Part shown: piece after piece, positions 10,095 through 23,300 of the stretch | Layout of the letters: every line of letters starts with the position of its first letter | How positions within the stretch are numbered: the first letter of the stretch is position 1 | NCBI GenBank assembly: GCA_013239625.1 | Contig: MU054117.1 | Location: forward strand, 1,548,011 to 1,612,010 | Direction: 5' to 3' | Source: Lama guanicoe | Taxonomy: Eukaryota | Length of the DNA stretch: 64,000 nucleotides | Notes under the pieces: model-generated | The model's input: only the letters and a program-made list of their open reading frames with translations | Told to the model about the DNA's origin: nothing | Database searches by the model: none | Program-made: the position numbers and the translations under genes

Positions 10095-12556
10095 AACAAG
10101 CATTTGGGAACTGGAAAAAGAGAATCCCTGAAAATAGCCAAGATGGCTGAGTTCTGTAAAAGCGGAGGAGGAGTCTGCACTTCTCTTCCTGTACCTTTGA
10201 GATGTGAATGATCTACCTGGGCTCTCAAGGGGGAAAAAATAAAGGTTTTTTTAAAACTCAGGTGGAAAAAAACTGTGAGATCTCTGGTTCGGTCTTTCTG
10301 TAAAATAACTTGTAAATGAACTATAATTGCCTTAAAAATGCTTACAAATTAAACAGTTCTAAGTATAAAGGAAGCTAGATAGAACAAATTTGAAGTTCAT
10401 GTGATCTAGGAAATAATATTGAACTGACCTGATATTACAGCTAGCTTAAGTTTGCTGGTATAATCAATTTGGAAGGTCAGTAGGTTCATGTTTCTGATGC
10501 AGTTTGTCAGAAAACATGGAAAAACTTGGTATGATACTCTTGGAAGTGAACTAAGCTTCTGGGTGAACTCTTCAGAAATAGTTGTTTTAGGAATGATCTC
10601 TCCGGGTATTTGGTGACTTGAAATTCTGGGGTTGTGCTGGACTGGGCTAAATGATGGAAGGCTACTGAACAGTTGGCTAGCTAGGTCATTTCCAAACAAA
10701 ACAAGATACTGAAACATTCACTGGGAGTTGATATTCTGGGGAATTGGGGGTTCTAGTTTGGATGTGTAATTGAAGCTACTGAAAATAATGGGGGAAACAT
10801 TTCAGAATACAGTAGGAAAGTTAGATATATATTTAGAGGGTTTGTTTTTTTTTTAAAGGTATGAGGAATGGAACTGTAGTTTGTTAAGGGAAAAGTGACT
10901 TGGTCCTACAGCTGGTTGTTTCTAGATGAGAAAAAATAAGGGACAAACATGGAAACAAAGTTGTAGAAAGTTAGTAGAAGGGGAGCCCTCCAAAAAGGAG
11001 TTCTGTGCGTGGTCAGGCTGAGATTAGACTAGACTTAATTCGGTAAATGAACTTTGTTACCAAAGGGAGGCTGGTGCAGGACTAGGATTGGCTTCTCTCT
11101 GTTAAGAGAACAAGTTTAGTAAGAATGCTTCTGATAACAGATTGTGTGACACTTTTGGTATTTCTGACAAACTTCCTGTCAAATTCTAGTTAAAGTTCTT
11201 TTGACTTCAGCTGACTTTGGGACCCTACAGAGATGTCCCCTCAGAGGGCCCCGAGACATCCCAGAGAAGAATATTCAACTAGGATCGGCTGGTGTGTTAA
11301 TTACATGCAAAGCACTGCCAGATGGATGACAAGCCCCCTCAGACTATATAGCATGGATAAACGTTACTGATATAGTCTAGAAATTATATAAAGTTTCTGA
11401 CGCTTAGCAATGTCCTGGCACAATGCTGTCAGTCATTCTAGCTGTTGTCTTGGACTGCTGTAAGTTACAGCAACTTGATTAAGCTTCTTGTCAAAAACAC
11501 TGTGATCAGCTCTTTACCTTGCCTTTTTGGTCTTTTGTCATTCACAGACAGCTAGGCTGATGCTTTGCAGAACTGCTTCACCTTCAAGAAGACTCATAAA
11601 GACTTTCCAAGAAGTACAGGTTTCCTTTAGATCATACTGCGGAGCTGGGTAAGATGTTTTAAAAGTCTAATGAAAACTCTGATTTCAAGGAACCATTCAT
11701 CGGTAAGGGGGATTGATTACATGGGATTAAGTCAACTGGTGGTTGCAGTTTCTTGGCTTTGTCTCTTACTGGCTTCTGATCTGTTTTCTAATTGAACTGC
11801 TTACCAAATGCTTGTCTCCCTATCAATATTGCCCCCAACATTTAGGAGAAAAAGAGAATTCTTAAATGGAGTTGTCACAGAGTGTAACTACTCAACGATA
11901 TATCACAATGCTTACTTTAAGTCTACTGCTAAATGCACATGTACGATGCTTATGTAACAACTGGGTACAAGTGATAAAATGTATAAGTCTGTAAGGTGTT
12001 TCCCCATTAACATAACTTTGAGCCTGTTCACCATATCTGATTAGTCTTCCCCCAAGGAAAAAAAAAAAAAGGACGCCTGGCACCAAAGGACATGACCTAA
12101 ACCTGGGGCAGGAGCCACCACCCCAGCATCGAGGGACAGGTATTTTGATCATCAATGCTTTCGACTGAAAGATCTGTAATCAAAAGGGGAAATGATGGAA
12201 AAATCTACGTATGTTGAGGTATGGGGAAGTCATTCTTGCTTTTGCCTGGTTTGATTTAAACTTTACTGACCAAAGCAGCCTGTTTTATGGCCTTCTGGAC
12301 ACGCACTGGACATCTGCTCTGGCCTTGAGGAGGGGGATGCATTTGAAAGTCAAAATGGAGTAGCTGTGGTGCAGACATCCAAGGTAAAACTGAGTGGCCA
12401 CTGGGACATGATTTCAGACACTTTCTTGTATTGTTGAGAACTCGAATTTTCTGAGCTGCGTCAGACTCAGGACGCCACCAGCCATTCTCAAAGCAGTGTC
12501 TGCTGGCAGATGGCAGTTGTAACCTCATGACCTCAAGGTCTCCTCCCGCAACTATT

Positions 12557-12715
12557 AAATTAGATGAAGTTGCTTTAGATCAGATGTGAGCAGTAAAAAA
12601 GGAGACGTGTGCAGTGGCCAACAGCTCTTGTTACATATATGTCAATAACACACCAAGAGTTAAAACCTCCTCAGATAAAAGTAGGCAACTGGCTTCAAGT
12701 CTCCGCCAAGGTGCC
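12557..12715 (+). pseudogene. ERV env transmembrane-subunit relic
   Basis: KLDEVALDQM*AVKKETCAVANSSCYIYVNNT: a decayed immunosuppressive domain followed by a CX6CC-like motif (last Cys now Tyr), with an in-frame stop. Confidence 0.8.
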
Positions 12716-14900
12716 CGGTCCAGACCTGTTTTCAGGCTCATTCTCCTGAAAGCCTCAGGGAATGAGATCTTAATCATATCAGACTTGGATCCAGGACTTG
12801 GAACTCGGGAATATTTCCAACTCAGCGTCCATTCTCCAAGTCCAGGTAAGACTATGCCCCGTTTCAGCAGGAAGCAGCCAGACTGGTGGTCACTCTGAAA
12901 GATTTAGGGAGGGAGGAAACAGTATTGGAGACTGAAACTGAGTTCCTCTGCCGACCCTACGATGAATCTCTCTGTCCAAGACGTTTTTCCCTTCTTGTCC
13001 AATATTTGTTCTCAAGACTGAGGAGCACCAAGAAAAGCGGGAACTGTAAGTGAGCAGGACTCTCGGGATGAACTTAGCCTGCGGGGTCACTGTAACTAGC
13101 ACTGAGAGAGCACCTATCACACTGTGAATCACCAACAGATGGCAGCTGCTGCTGTTTGTAAAAGGTCTGGTCAGTGGCTTGTGGAACCAGGCCCTGAGGC
13201 GCCCTCGGGGTTCTACAGAACATCTTCAGGGAATGCCTGGCCGGGCACTACTGGGGCACCTGGGCTCCCCATTCCTGTCTAATCAGAAGAGCTCTGCCTT
13301 TTTTTCATTTTGCTTCTTAAAATAAGGTTTATTTCTATAGATGAATAATATTTATTTGAAAAGAGGTCTGCAGCTTAAAACTTTTCCCAAAAAGCACTGA
13401 CTGGATTATCTCAACAGTCCCTTCAGTTCATGTGAATTACAGCTTATAATTTTTCACCAAAGTAAAATATGTGAGAAGAACAAAACAGCCCATTTGATAG
13501 CACAGTCTCCAACATGAGCCTTGTAGTTTATTACAATTATTATATTAGAATGGTGATTATAAATCAATTAGTTCTGTTTATCTACTGAAGATCGTACTTC
13601 ACTGCTACAGAAGTACCACAGCCTTATCACTAGTGATTTTTTAAGACTGCAACTGTGTGAACAGTGAAGGAGAGTTAAGTGGCTTTAAAACCACAGGACA
13701 CATTTTCCATGAAAAACGAAGCTGGTGTGCTGCTTTTTGACATGCCCTGTGAAAACGCTAAGTAAAGCATCAAAATCTCTCCAGCCTTTTTTCTCACTGA
13801 AATTAGTGCCTCTAAAACTTTTCTTTCAATATCCTTTCCTTATGCTGACTGTTTATAATTAATAAAATTCATCATCATGTATAATAAAATTAATCACTTT
13901 TCATGTCATCACTGAGTCTGGCCCTCTTGTGGTAATCACACCACAGACTCTTCAGTGTGGTCTGCGGAACAGCTGCCCCTCTGGTACCGCAGAAAATTCT
14001 CGGGACACCTAGCTTGAAGCTTGATGGCACCGGCATCCTAACACTTCATCCTAAAATGGGGCAAAGGTTTTACAGAGCTTTGTGGACTTTTTGTCCAAGA
14101 CACTGGCTGTTTTTTTTTCACCTAGGACATAATCAAAAATGTACTGTATAATATCCTTTACAACTCTGGAATTTACACTCTTAAGTCAGTTCTCTCAAAT
14201 GACAGAATTTGCTAGTAGGAAGAATTTTCAATGGCAGATATGAAGACAGGCTGTATAAGGCTTTAACTGTATCTTTTTATGTGTTTTAAAACTGCAAAAC
14301 TTTTGGAATGCTCTTGGTTTTGTTATGACATAGTGTATAAGAAAGTTCTGAGCAACTAAGCAGGAGCTGATGGTGGACCAACAGCTGGCTGCATTTAACA
14401 GCTCACCTAATAATGAGGAACAGGAGAAGTGGATGTGGAAGATTCAGAAGGAAACGACTTCTGAAAGGCTGACGTATTTACTTGTGCTCTTACTGGCACA
14501 GGTTGCCCGACTTTAGACAGGATGGTATGGGAAGGTCTCTTTGAAGAAGTACCAGTTAAGGTGATTCCTGAGGCAGTCAGCACATAAAAAGAGTGGGGTG
14601 AGAATGGGGAACATATATGTATTTGGACTTTTTTTTCAATGTCCAACCAGCCATTAACACAAATTATAAGCCTGTACTAATTAAACCAATGTAGAGCTAA
14701 AAAAACAGACCAATGCAACGACTCTCACAATAATTAAGCATTTCAGAGAGAAAAAGGAAATGACACAAACCAAAAGGAAACAGACTGATGACTGATCACA
14801 GTATTTAGAAAGCTTTTCAGTTATTAGGAAAACATCAAACTATGTTCCCTACACATAAAACTTTGAAATAAGTTCTAGGAAGGTTGAAGAACTGGGTATA

Positions 14901-15000
14901 TGTGTATGTCCATGAATGACTGAAAAATTGTGCTGAACACTGGAATTTGACACAACACTGTAAAATGATTATGAATCAATAAAAAATGTAAGAAAAAAAG
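14901..15000 (+). mobile_element. ~100 bp 5'-truncated L1 3' tail inserted into an older L1M remnant (~14810-15465)
   Basis: AATAAA plus A-tail, with a perfect 13-bp TSD AGAACTGGGTATA at 14888-14900 and 15001-15013. Confidence 0.85.
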
Positions 15001-15467
15001 AGAACTGGGTATAAAATGCAGATTAATTAGAAAATTTATAAAAATAGACCTTAAATGATATTCAGATAGAGAAGAGCTTCCTAAACAAAAAAGTGTAAGA
15101 AATTACAAATACAAAAGTGTAGCACATTTTACCACTTAGAAATCTAAAACTCTGTACATCAAAAATCAAAAACTAGAGCAAATGACACACATTAAAAATT
15201 ATTTACAATAAATGTGACAAAGAACTGTATCCTTACTATTGAAAGAACCCATGTAAGGCAATGAAATACTAAGACCTTCCTGTCCCCAAGAGCAATTAAC
15301 AGGAATACACAATCCACAGACAATATAATATGCAAATGGCCAGTAAACACATGAAAATATAAACAAAGATTTGCAAATTAAAACAAAACCTTTTAACCTA
15401 CAGTCAAAAGGTTTTTTTTCCAGGCAAAAGATTTGTAAACATAGGAACAGATAAGGTGGCACATGCA

Positions 15468-15985
15468 CTTTTCTTTTTTAATTTAAGTAGAGCTGATTTA
15501 CAATGCTGTTAGTTTCAGATGTACAGCAAAGGGATTCAGTTACACATTTATATACATCCTTTCTCAGATTCCTTTCCACTACAGGTTATTATAAAACATT
15601 GAGTATAGTTCCCTGTGCTATACAGTAGGACCTTGTTGGTTATCTGTTTTGTATATGGTAGTGTGTTTATCTGTTAATCCCGAACTCCTAATTTATCCCT
15701 CCTGCCCTTTCCCCTTTGTAACCATAAATTTGTTTTCTATGTCTGTGAGCCTGTTTCTGTTTTGTAAATAAGTCCATTTGTATCATTTTTTTTTAGATTC
15801 CACATATAAGCAATATCATGTATTTGTCTCTGTCTGACTTAACTTAGTATGATAATCCCTAGGTCCATCCATGTTGCTGCAAATGACATTGTTTCATTCC
15901 GTATGGCTGAGCAGTGTTCCACTGTACAGATACACCACATCTTCTGAATCCAATCATTTGTCGATGGACACCGAAGTTGCTTCCA
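15468..15985 (-). mobile_element. LINE-1 3' UTR fragment
   Basis: Same 3' UTR text as the L1 at 3402-4781. ORF 15839-16033 contains ...CPSTNDWIQKMW...MSFAATWMDLGIIILS (ORF2 end). Confidence 0.92.
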
Positions 15986-16071
15986 AACACATGCTTTCTT
16001 ACACGCCTGCTGGTGATCATCTAAAGTGTCCAATCTTTCTGGAGAACAGTGTCGACAGGTATATTCATCTC

Positions 16072-16782
16072 TTTTACAAGCACAGTTGTGTCATCCTTTG
16101 GACAGAGAGGCTTTCTTTTAGCAATGCTGCTTTTCTCTCCAAATACAGGGTAGATTATTTGTAGGTTCATTTTGTAACATTTTCTCATTACCAAGTAATA
16201 AACACGGATGTTAAACATTTTAAGAATACATAAAATTTACATAGGAAAAAACTCTCCTATAACTCCTTTGATCCTCTTTGATCAGCAGATTTGATTTTTT
16301 TAGCAACGTATCATAGGAAAACAATCAGAAATGTGAAAATGTATTAATAAAGATGGCCATAACAGTAATACATATGACAAAACGTTTGAAAAGTCCTAAA
16401 TGTCTTACAGTAGAATGGTTAAAAATACGGCAATTTTATGTAGTCACTTAATGTTTCATAAGAATATTTACTAACATATGCTCACCTCATTAAATTTTAA
16501 AAAGTAATACAAAGAGTGTGGGTGTCTATTTGTACACACACAAATATGATCCAAATTGGGTATGTCTATGACAAATGGAGTTACAAGTTTTTTTTCCTAC
16601 ATACATTTATGTATTCTTAAAATGTTTTACCATATGTATTTATTACTTGGTAATGAGAAAAAAATGTTCTAAAAATGACTCTACAAATTATTGTATTATC
16701 TACCCTGTGTTTGGAGAAGGAAGCAACATTGCTGAAGTACAATGCCTGCTTCCTGAAGACGACACAATTGTGCTTTATAAAA
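16072..16782. repeat. Diverged inverted repeat, arms 16072-16266 and 16577-16782
   Basis: The reverse complement of the left arm aligns along its length with the right arm, e.g. TTTATGTATTCTTAAAATGTTT, TTTATTACTTGGTAATGAGAAAA, ATCTACCCTGT-TTTGGAGA, GACACAA-TGTGCTT. Confidence 0.92.
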
Positions 16783-17854
16783 TAAAACACTGAATTCTTA
16801 AAGAACGCACAGAACAATGTTCTTAACAGTACTAGTCTGATAATGGTTCCTTCCAAATACTCCAAAGTCAGTCTCTTAGGAGGAAAGTTAGTCTCAAGAA
16901 ACCCTGATTACAACCACAGAAACATTTTTGGAACTGTTTACTAGTTAGTACACTAAAATTATGAAATTCACTGACTCTTCAAATATACACCCACGAGAGA
17001 CATTTAAAAGCTATTAGGCAACAGTCTTCTTGAAATTTGGCCTCTATGTAAATCCTGCCTCTGTGAAAATCACTTCCCCACCAAGTGTCAAGGTCTTAAT
17101 CAAGTTCAAAGTTCACGTAAGTGTAAACTTTGGGCGGCAAATAAAATCAGTATGTAAAAGCTTTATTAGGCAATATGAATGCAATCTGAGACTCAAGAGA
17201 AACTCATTTAAGCAGTACACATGGTTTACAGACACACACAGTAACACTGTAAAATCATCTTCTGCCACAACAGAAGCAGTAAGAAGAGTTTATGCCTATC
17301 GTTCAGAAACTCTGAAGTCAGTGTCTGACACTTGGGCAAGACTATAATAGGATCTTTGAAATCAAAATGTCAAGCTGACAAGACCAGCCATGGAAATTAC
17401 TCTAAAAGGCAGCAGCTAACATGGAATACAGTGGAAAGCGGCAAACTCCGAAGGACACACACGAAGGCTGTTTTTGCTATAAAGTGTGTGCTTCTACTAT
17501 GAATTAGCTCAGACAGGATCAGGGTAAACAGAGGACTATCGTTACACCACAGCTCTGTGGGTTCATCAGGAATTTTTCCAAGGCAAAGGAACAACAAAGG
17601 GCAGATCAGAACCATCCCCGTGGGTAGGACGAGAGAATGCCCCGGGCCTGGCTGCTGCACACACAGAAATCCCTTCAGCTTTGTATCAGTACAATTAGAA
17701 GTGCGCACGTGCAGCCAGGCGCCCTTCTCACAGGAGCGCACCCGGGCACTCACGGCTCTCAGTTCAGGGCAGGCCGCACCTGCTCCGGTGCTCAGAGGTC
17801 CACCACCCACCACTGTCTCAGCACGGCAAGCAAGCCTTTCTCCTCCATGCTTTA

Positions 17855-18030
17855 CTTTATTGAATTACAGCTGATTACAATGTTGTTAGTCTCTGGTGTA
17901 CAGCACAGTGATTCAGTTATACATATATTCTTTCTCAGATTCTTGTTCATTATAGGTTATTGCAACCTCCTGAACATCGTTCCCTGCACTCTACGGTAGG
18001 ACCTTGCTCTCTATTTTGCAGACAGCAGGT
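17855..18030 (-). mobile_element. Short LINE-1 3' tail
   Basis: TTACAATGTTGTTAGTCTCTGGTGTACAGCACAGTGATTCAGTTATAC matches the other L1 tails in the window. Confidence 0.88.
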
Positions 18031-18904
18031 ATCTACTCGAGTGTTTTTATGAGTTTTCAATATGCACTGGAGCAGCCTCCAGCCAAGATGACCTGCAGTC
18101 CCGGGGCTATCAGCTGTTAACTGCGCTGGTTACAAACTTGCATACATTTTGAGAAGTCTCCCCCAATCCCTAACTACTTTCCTATAGTTTCATAGACACT
18201 AGCAACTTTTCAAGCTGACTTAATATAAAATGAGTTGTAAAATCACTCTGGTGGTTGACAATTAACATGTTTTTCATTAAAACAATAAAATTTAAAATAA
18301 CCTTTTTTTCAGTAAAACAGAATAAAATTTAAAATACCATAGAGAGAGGCAAATATTTTCTCAGGAAACTTATGTTTTGATTATTTAGGTATATATATTA
18401 TATGGTTTCTTTTAAATAAAGAATATCAAACTTAAATACATAAGGCTGCAAACACACTTTTTCTATGGCAAAAAAAAAAAGTCTTTTCAACTACAATACC
18501 AAAAACTGGAAGATAAAACAGAATTCAAAAAAAGTGCAAGTTCATAACCAGACACTTCAAGCTGGCAGTTTCCAAAGTATCAAATTAATACAACAAATCT
18601 AAATTTATGACTTCAGATGCTCTACACATAACTAGAGCAAGGTAAGAACAAGAGTGCTCCCTACTGGCCAGTCTTTGATTGGAATTCAAGAGTTCACTCT
18701 TAATATGATCGACAGACTAGATTAAAAGTTAGAATCTTAAACTGTCAAGATTTTTAAATTCCACTGACATGGGTTTCTTGTTGCTAATACCTAAAGATTA
18801 TAATCAATATATGTGACGTCTCCAGCCCAAATACTCAACAAACGACAGTTACAATCATCTTCTTCATAGTGAACATGTCTTATTGATGGCTGTACATGGG
18901 CTTT

Positions 18905-19850
18905 TAAAAAAATAATTTGAGGTGAAATTCACATAAAATAAAATTAACCGCTTTAAAGTGAACAAGCCAGGACGGCATAGCTCAGTGGAAGAGTACGTGC
19001 TTAGCATGCGCAAGGCCCTGGGTTCAATCCCCACTACCTCCATTAAAAATAATAACAATAATAAAAATACTTAGTTACCTACCCCCCAAAAGTAATCGCA
19101 AGCAGCACTTAGTATATTCGCAATGTTGTGCAACCACCACCTTGATCTAGTTCCAAAATGTTTCCATCCCTCCAAAGTAAAACTCCCTACCCACCAAGCA
19201 GCTTCTCCCCACGTCTCCCCTCCCCCCAGCCCCAGTAACCACCAGCTGGTGGCCTCTCGCTGCAGGTTTATCTACTGCAGGTATTTCACATCAATGGAAT
19301 CATACAGCACCATGGCTCCGTAGCTGGCTTTTCTCACTTGACACGATGTTTTGGAGTTACACCCACACACAATACATATCAGAACTTCATCCCTTCTTAT
19401 GCTTGAGTAATATTCTCATGTGTATGTGTGTACGCACTCATTTTATTTATCCATTCAGCCACGATGGACATGTGAACTGTTCCCACCTTTCGGTTATCTG
19501 TGAATTATGCTGCTGTAAACACGCATATACATGTACTTGTTTGAGTGCTGGCTCTCGTTCTTTGCAGTACATACCTAGGAGGGAAACTGCAAAGTCATGT
19601 GGTAATTCTATATTTAACTTTTCAAGAAACCGCCAAACAGTTTTCCACAGTGGCTGAACCATCTTACATCTCCACCAGCAGCGTACCGGGGTCTCAGTTT
19701 CTCCACAGCCTCACCAACACTTGTTCTTTCCCGTCTTTTTCATCATTACAGCCCCCCTAGTGGGTGTGGAGCGGGACCTCAGTGCAGTTTGATCTGCATT
19801 TCCCCAACGACCAGTAACGCTGAACATCTTCTCATGTGCTAGTGCCCATA
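18905..19850 (-). mobile_element. Old LINE-1 (L1MB-like) 3' region
   Basis: ORF 19447-19662 (MVQPLWKTVWRFLEKLNIELPHDFAVSLLGMY) is L1 ORF2 C-terminal sequence. Confidence 0.92.
18969..19090 (+). mobile_element. Vic-1-type SINE nested in L1
   Basis: ATAGCTCAGTGGAAGAGTACGTGCTTAGCATGCGCAAGGCCCTGGGTTCAATCCCC plus the family tail. Confidence 0.88.
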
Positions 19851-19859
19851 ATCTTTCAA

Positions 19860-20355
19860 GTAATCTTTCTACATGTGAATAACCCCCCCCATCACGAGTC
19901 CCGCTTTCCCCACGTAAGAGTGAAGACTCAAGTTCTCACGCCCCTGCAGACCGAGGCAGGTGACCCAGACTGCCAGCCGCATGTGTGCAGGTGAGGCTGA
20001 CATGGAAGTAACAAGCGGAAAGAGGCTCTACCTCCCATTTTCACCAGCACAGATGGTGACAGATGAATCCAGCTCCAGGAGACGAGAACAGGGGTAGTTT
20101 CCCAGAGATTACAAGGTCAGCTCTTGGGCTCTTAAGTGGCATCAACCATCGACTGAAGGGTTCAGTGAAGCAGCGGCAACAGTGGACATTCCTTCGTCAG
20201 CACAGCTGCAGAAACTTGTAAAAGCTGAGCCTCAAGCCTAATTCTCCAGCCCCGCAGCATCCATCTGGTAAACCCCTTTTCTACTATATATGTCATTATT
20301 CTGGAAGAAGCAGTAGATTTATTCCACCCAGCTCCAAACTGAAAACCTAAGATAA
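19860..20355 (+). mobile_element. Probable ancient ERVL solo LTR (LTR16-like)
   Basis: CACGCCCCTGCAGACCGAGGCAGGTGACCCAGAC near the start and GTAAACCCTTTTCT...CAAACTGAAAACCTAAGATA at the end. Recognition is tentative. Confidence 0.4.
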
Positions 20356-23300
20356 ACGTCAAGTAGTTACACAGAGGTAGGTCTAATCTGACCTAAGAAA
20401 CTGTCCTAACACTTAGATGCCTACCAAAATTAAAAAAAAAAGAACACATTACCTTAAAATAAACAGCCAGTCACTGTAGATTTTACACTGACAGCACACC
20501 TGTCACAGACACTGTGAAGGAGGCGGATGGAGAGGTGATCGAGCCAGCCTCCCGGACCTTCCTCGTCTCTGCACTTCTACCACGTTTCCTCTACTGCACT
20601 GTGAGCAACTCAAGGATAAAACCATACCACTGCAGCCCACTGAGCATCGCTGAGCCACTCACTACTGTACTAGCAACCAATTCTAGCTTTTGTTCAACAA
20701 TTCATACAAACATTCAGACTGAAGCTTATTCTTCATTATGTTACTTTATTATATAATAAATGCATGTCCATATAAGAAAAAAAGGAATTGCAGCTATACA
20801 GTAAGAGAAAATCCATAATCCTAATCCTACTTATCTAAGAAAAATTAGTGAAAATATTTTAATGGGTATCTTTCAAAACATTTTTTTAGATGTTGAGATT
20901 TACCTTTAAAGAAAAAAAAAGACTGTGAGGCTTACCACATGCCAGTCACTATTCTAAATGCACTCCATAAAACTGATCACTGTACACCATTTATATTTCC
21001 CTAATATACTATGAATATCTTTCCACTTCAATAACTTTTTTAAAATCCTGAAACGGTGGGACATATAGTACACATTTTGATATACTGATTTTTTAAAAGC
21101 TATATATAAAAGACTAAATCTGAAGAAATCCTTAACATTAAACAATTCTCCGCTCTTATGAATAATTCAGTTCTTGCAGCTAGTCTAGGCGAAAAGACTC
21201 CAAGGCTCCACCCCTCTGAAAATTCCTCTTCATGAAACCCCAGGGCATATCTGTTTCACGACAACATGCTTAAACTCCTCAAATGCCTGCCACTGTTTCT
21301 CTCTTTCTCTTCCCTTCCTTTTCTTAAAAAAAAAATCCCTCAGAGCACCCAGCATACTACTGGGCATTCACAGAAGGCACTCAATAAACATTTATTGATA
21401 GACTGGCCAGACAATGCCATGTTGGAGCGCAGACCATGCAGAAACAAAGGTCATCTTGTGCGAGAGAATGCAGCTGGACCTCCTTTCTCTCATCAGGAAA
21501 CCACACAGATCCCCACAAAGCATGCCACCCCAGAAAATGCACACTGACACACCAGAAACAGAGCTAACGCTACCACCCACTTTGCCTAAATGTTGAACTT
21601 TGCACCACCTAAGGCCAGTTAATCCACAAACAGCCAATGTACAAACTAAGTGAATGTTTTAAAGTGGGGAGGGGCGAGAGTCTTAGTAACACGACGACAG
21701 GCAAAACCAAAAATCCCAGCCAACCGCACGTGCTCTGGGCTCTGTCACACCAGGAGTGCGCCCGGGGGCCAACCATGTGGCCTTAGAGCAGCCCTCTGCA
21801 GAGAAGGAAGACAGTGCCTGGTGAACCCTGGATTTCAAAGTCTGACTAATCCTCATGAATTGAGAATTGTAACAGTTCATACCTTGAATACAGGATTTTT
21901 GTAGTACGTAACATTTAAAGTAATTTTCTCATTGTGAATTTTCATATCCTTATCCATGAATACAGGCAATCAGTTTAAAAAAAATAATCTATATCTTCTT
22001 CGAAATCTAGAAGACCAGGACACTAGCAGTAACACGGGTAGTAAGCACACTTTCACATGCTGGCCCTAATTGTGGGGAACACCTGAACAGGAATACTTAT
22101 CAGAAAGGCAGGGTAGCTCTAAGACAACACTCCCATTTGCAAGAAGAAAACGGGGGAGGGGGTGGTTTCCAGAGAGAAGAGACCAAACCCCCAGGCTACG
22201 AAACCTGAAGCAAACACCTCAGTAACTTGCAGTCTTTGCTGCTGTCTCCTGCCACCTGCGTATATAATATGGCAGCTGCAAATACGTGCTGGCCTCCCTT
22301 TGAAAAGAAAAATGAAAAAGATTATTTTCCTAAGGTCTACTCTATGAGTGAAGACAAAGACTTCCAGCAAGAGGGAGCAAAGAGCCCAAGCAGGAAAGCA
22401 AACAGAAAGAGCCTGGGCAGAAAGGACAGAGAAACAAGTGTGCCGAGAAGATAATTACAGGAAAATGTGACACGAAGAATGAGCGGGCAGGTGGGCAGAT
22501 GGGAAAGAGGAAGACCGACTGAAGCCACACCAAGATTTCCATAAGACAGTAAGTCCATACCCTCCAACATACGGATCCTCCCTTCAAGGAACGGTGAGGA
22601 GAACTCACAGAAGCTAGCAAGTGCAGGGAATCCTGTTATTAGCTCCAAGATGAAAAACTACATAGAGGGCATTAACAGCGCCCTTCAGAAGAATATACAA
22701 ACAGCATCACTTGGATCCCACAAAACTAACTTGGGCTCTCCACCAAAATGAGCCATCTACTTAAAGCACGACAAAAAGCAAAGCAAGACTCATCAGAACC
22801 ACCTAACTGTTCCCGAGTCAAGCTGACGGCTTCGGGCACGAACTCAGTGTTGTGCAGTGTGTGTGTCCAGAACACCAGTTACAGTTAAGGAAGAACAAAT
22901 GGTTTCAGAAGTGAACAAATGATACAGCTATCCCTTCAGGTTCTGCCACACTTTTTATGCCAGACATACAGCAGCTTACCCTTTCTCCTCCCAGGTTTCC
23001 AGACACACAAATAATTTTATTCATTAATTTGTTTATTATAAAATAATTATTAAAAATAAAATTTATTAATTCTTTGAACTATTCAAATAAACAAATTATT
23101 TAAACAGAAAACAGGATAAAATGATTACATCTGACAATTTCATTTTAAAAATATTTCTCAGATTGAATATATAATCTAGATTGTACTTTTTTTTCTGTCT
23201 TTATTTCACTTTGTTGCCTAAAGGCCTCATCAAACAAGTTAAAAGAACAGTTACCTCTTCAAGATTATGGTAGTTTACCCCAAAGAGCACTGATCTCAAG

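Larger units (their letters stand above)
8800..12903 (+). mobile_element. Decayed non-autonomous ERV1 internal region (gag and env relics, no recognisable pol)
   Basis: PBS, gag matrix relic, AT-rich filler, env TM relic, and the ERV1 3' motif GCCCCGTTTCAGCAGGAAGCAGCCAGA at ~12856-12882. Confidence 0.8.

Noticed and set aside
12614..12898. 94-aa ORF with env-like start as a possible captured (syncytin-like) env gene
   Set aside because: In-frame stop in the immunosuppressive domain, broken CX6CC, no SU or clear TM anchor. It is a relic.
17397..17999. Overlapping 105-138 aa ORFs on both strands
   Set aside because: Non-ATG or weak starts, no recognisable domain, and one runs into an L1 tail. 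Expected by chance in a GC-richer patch.
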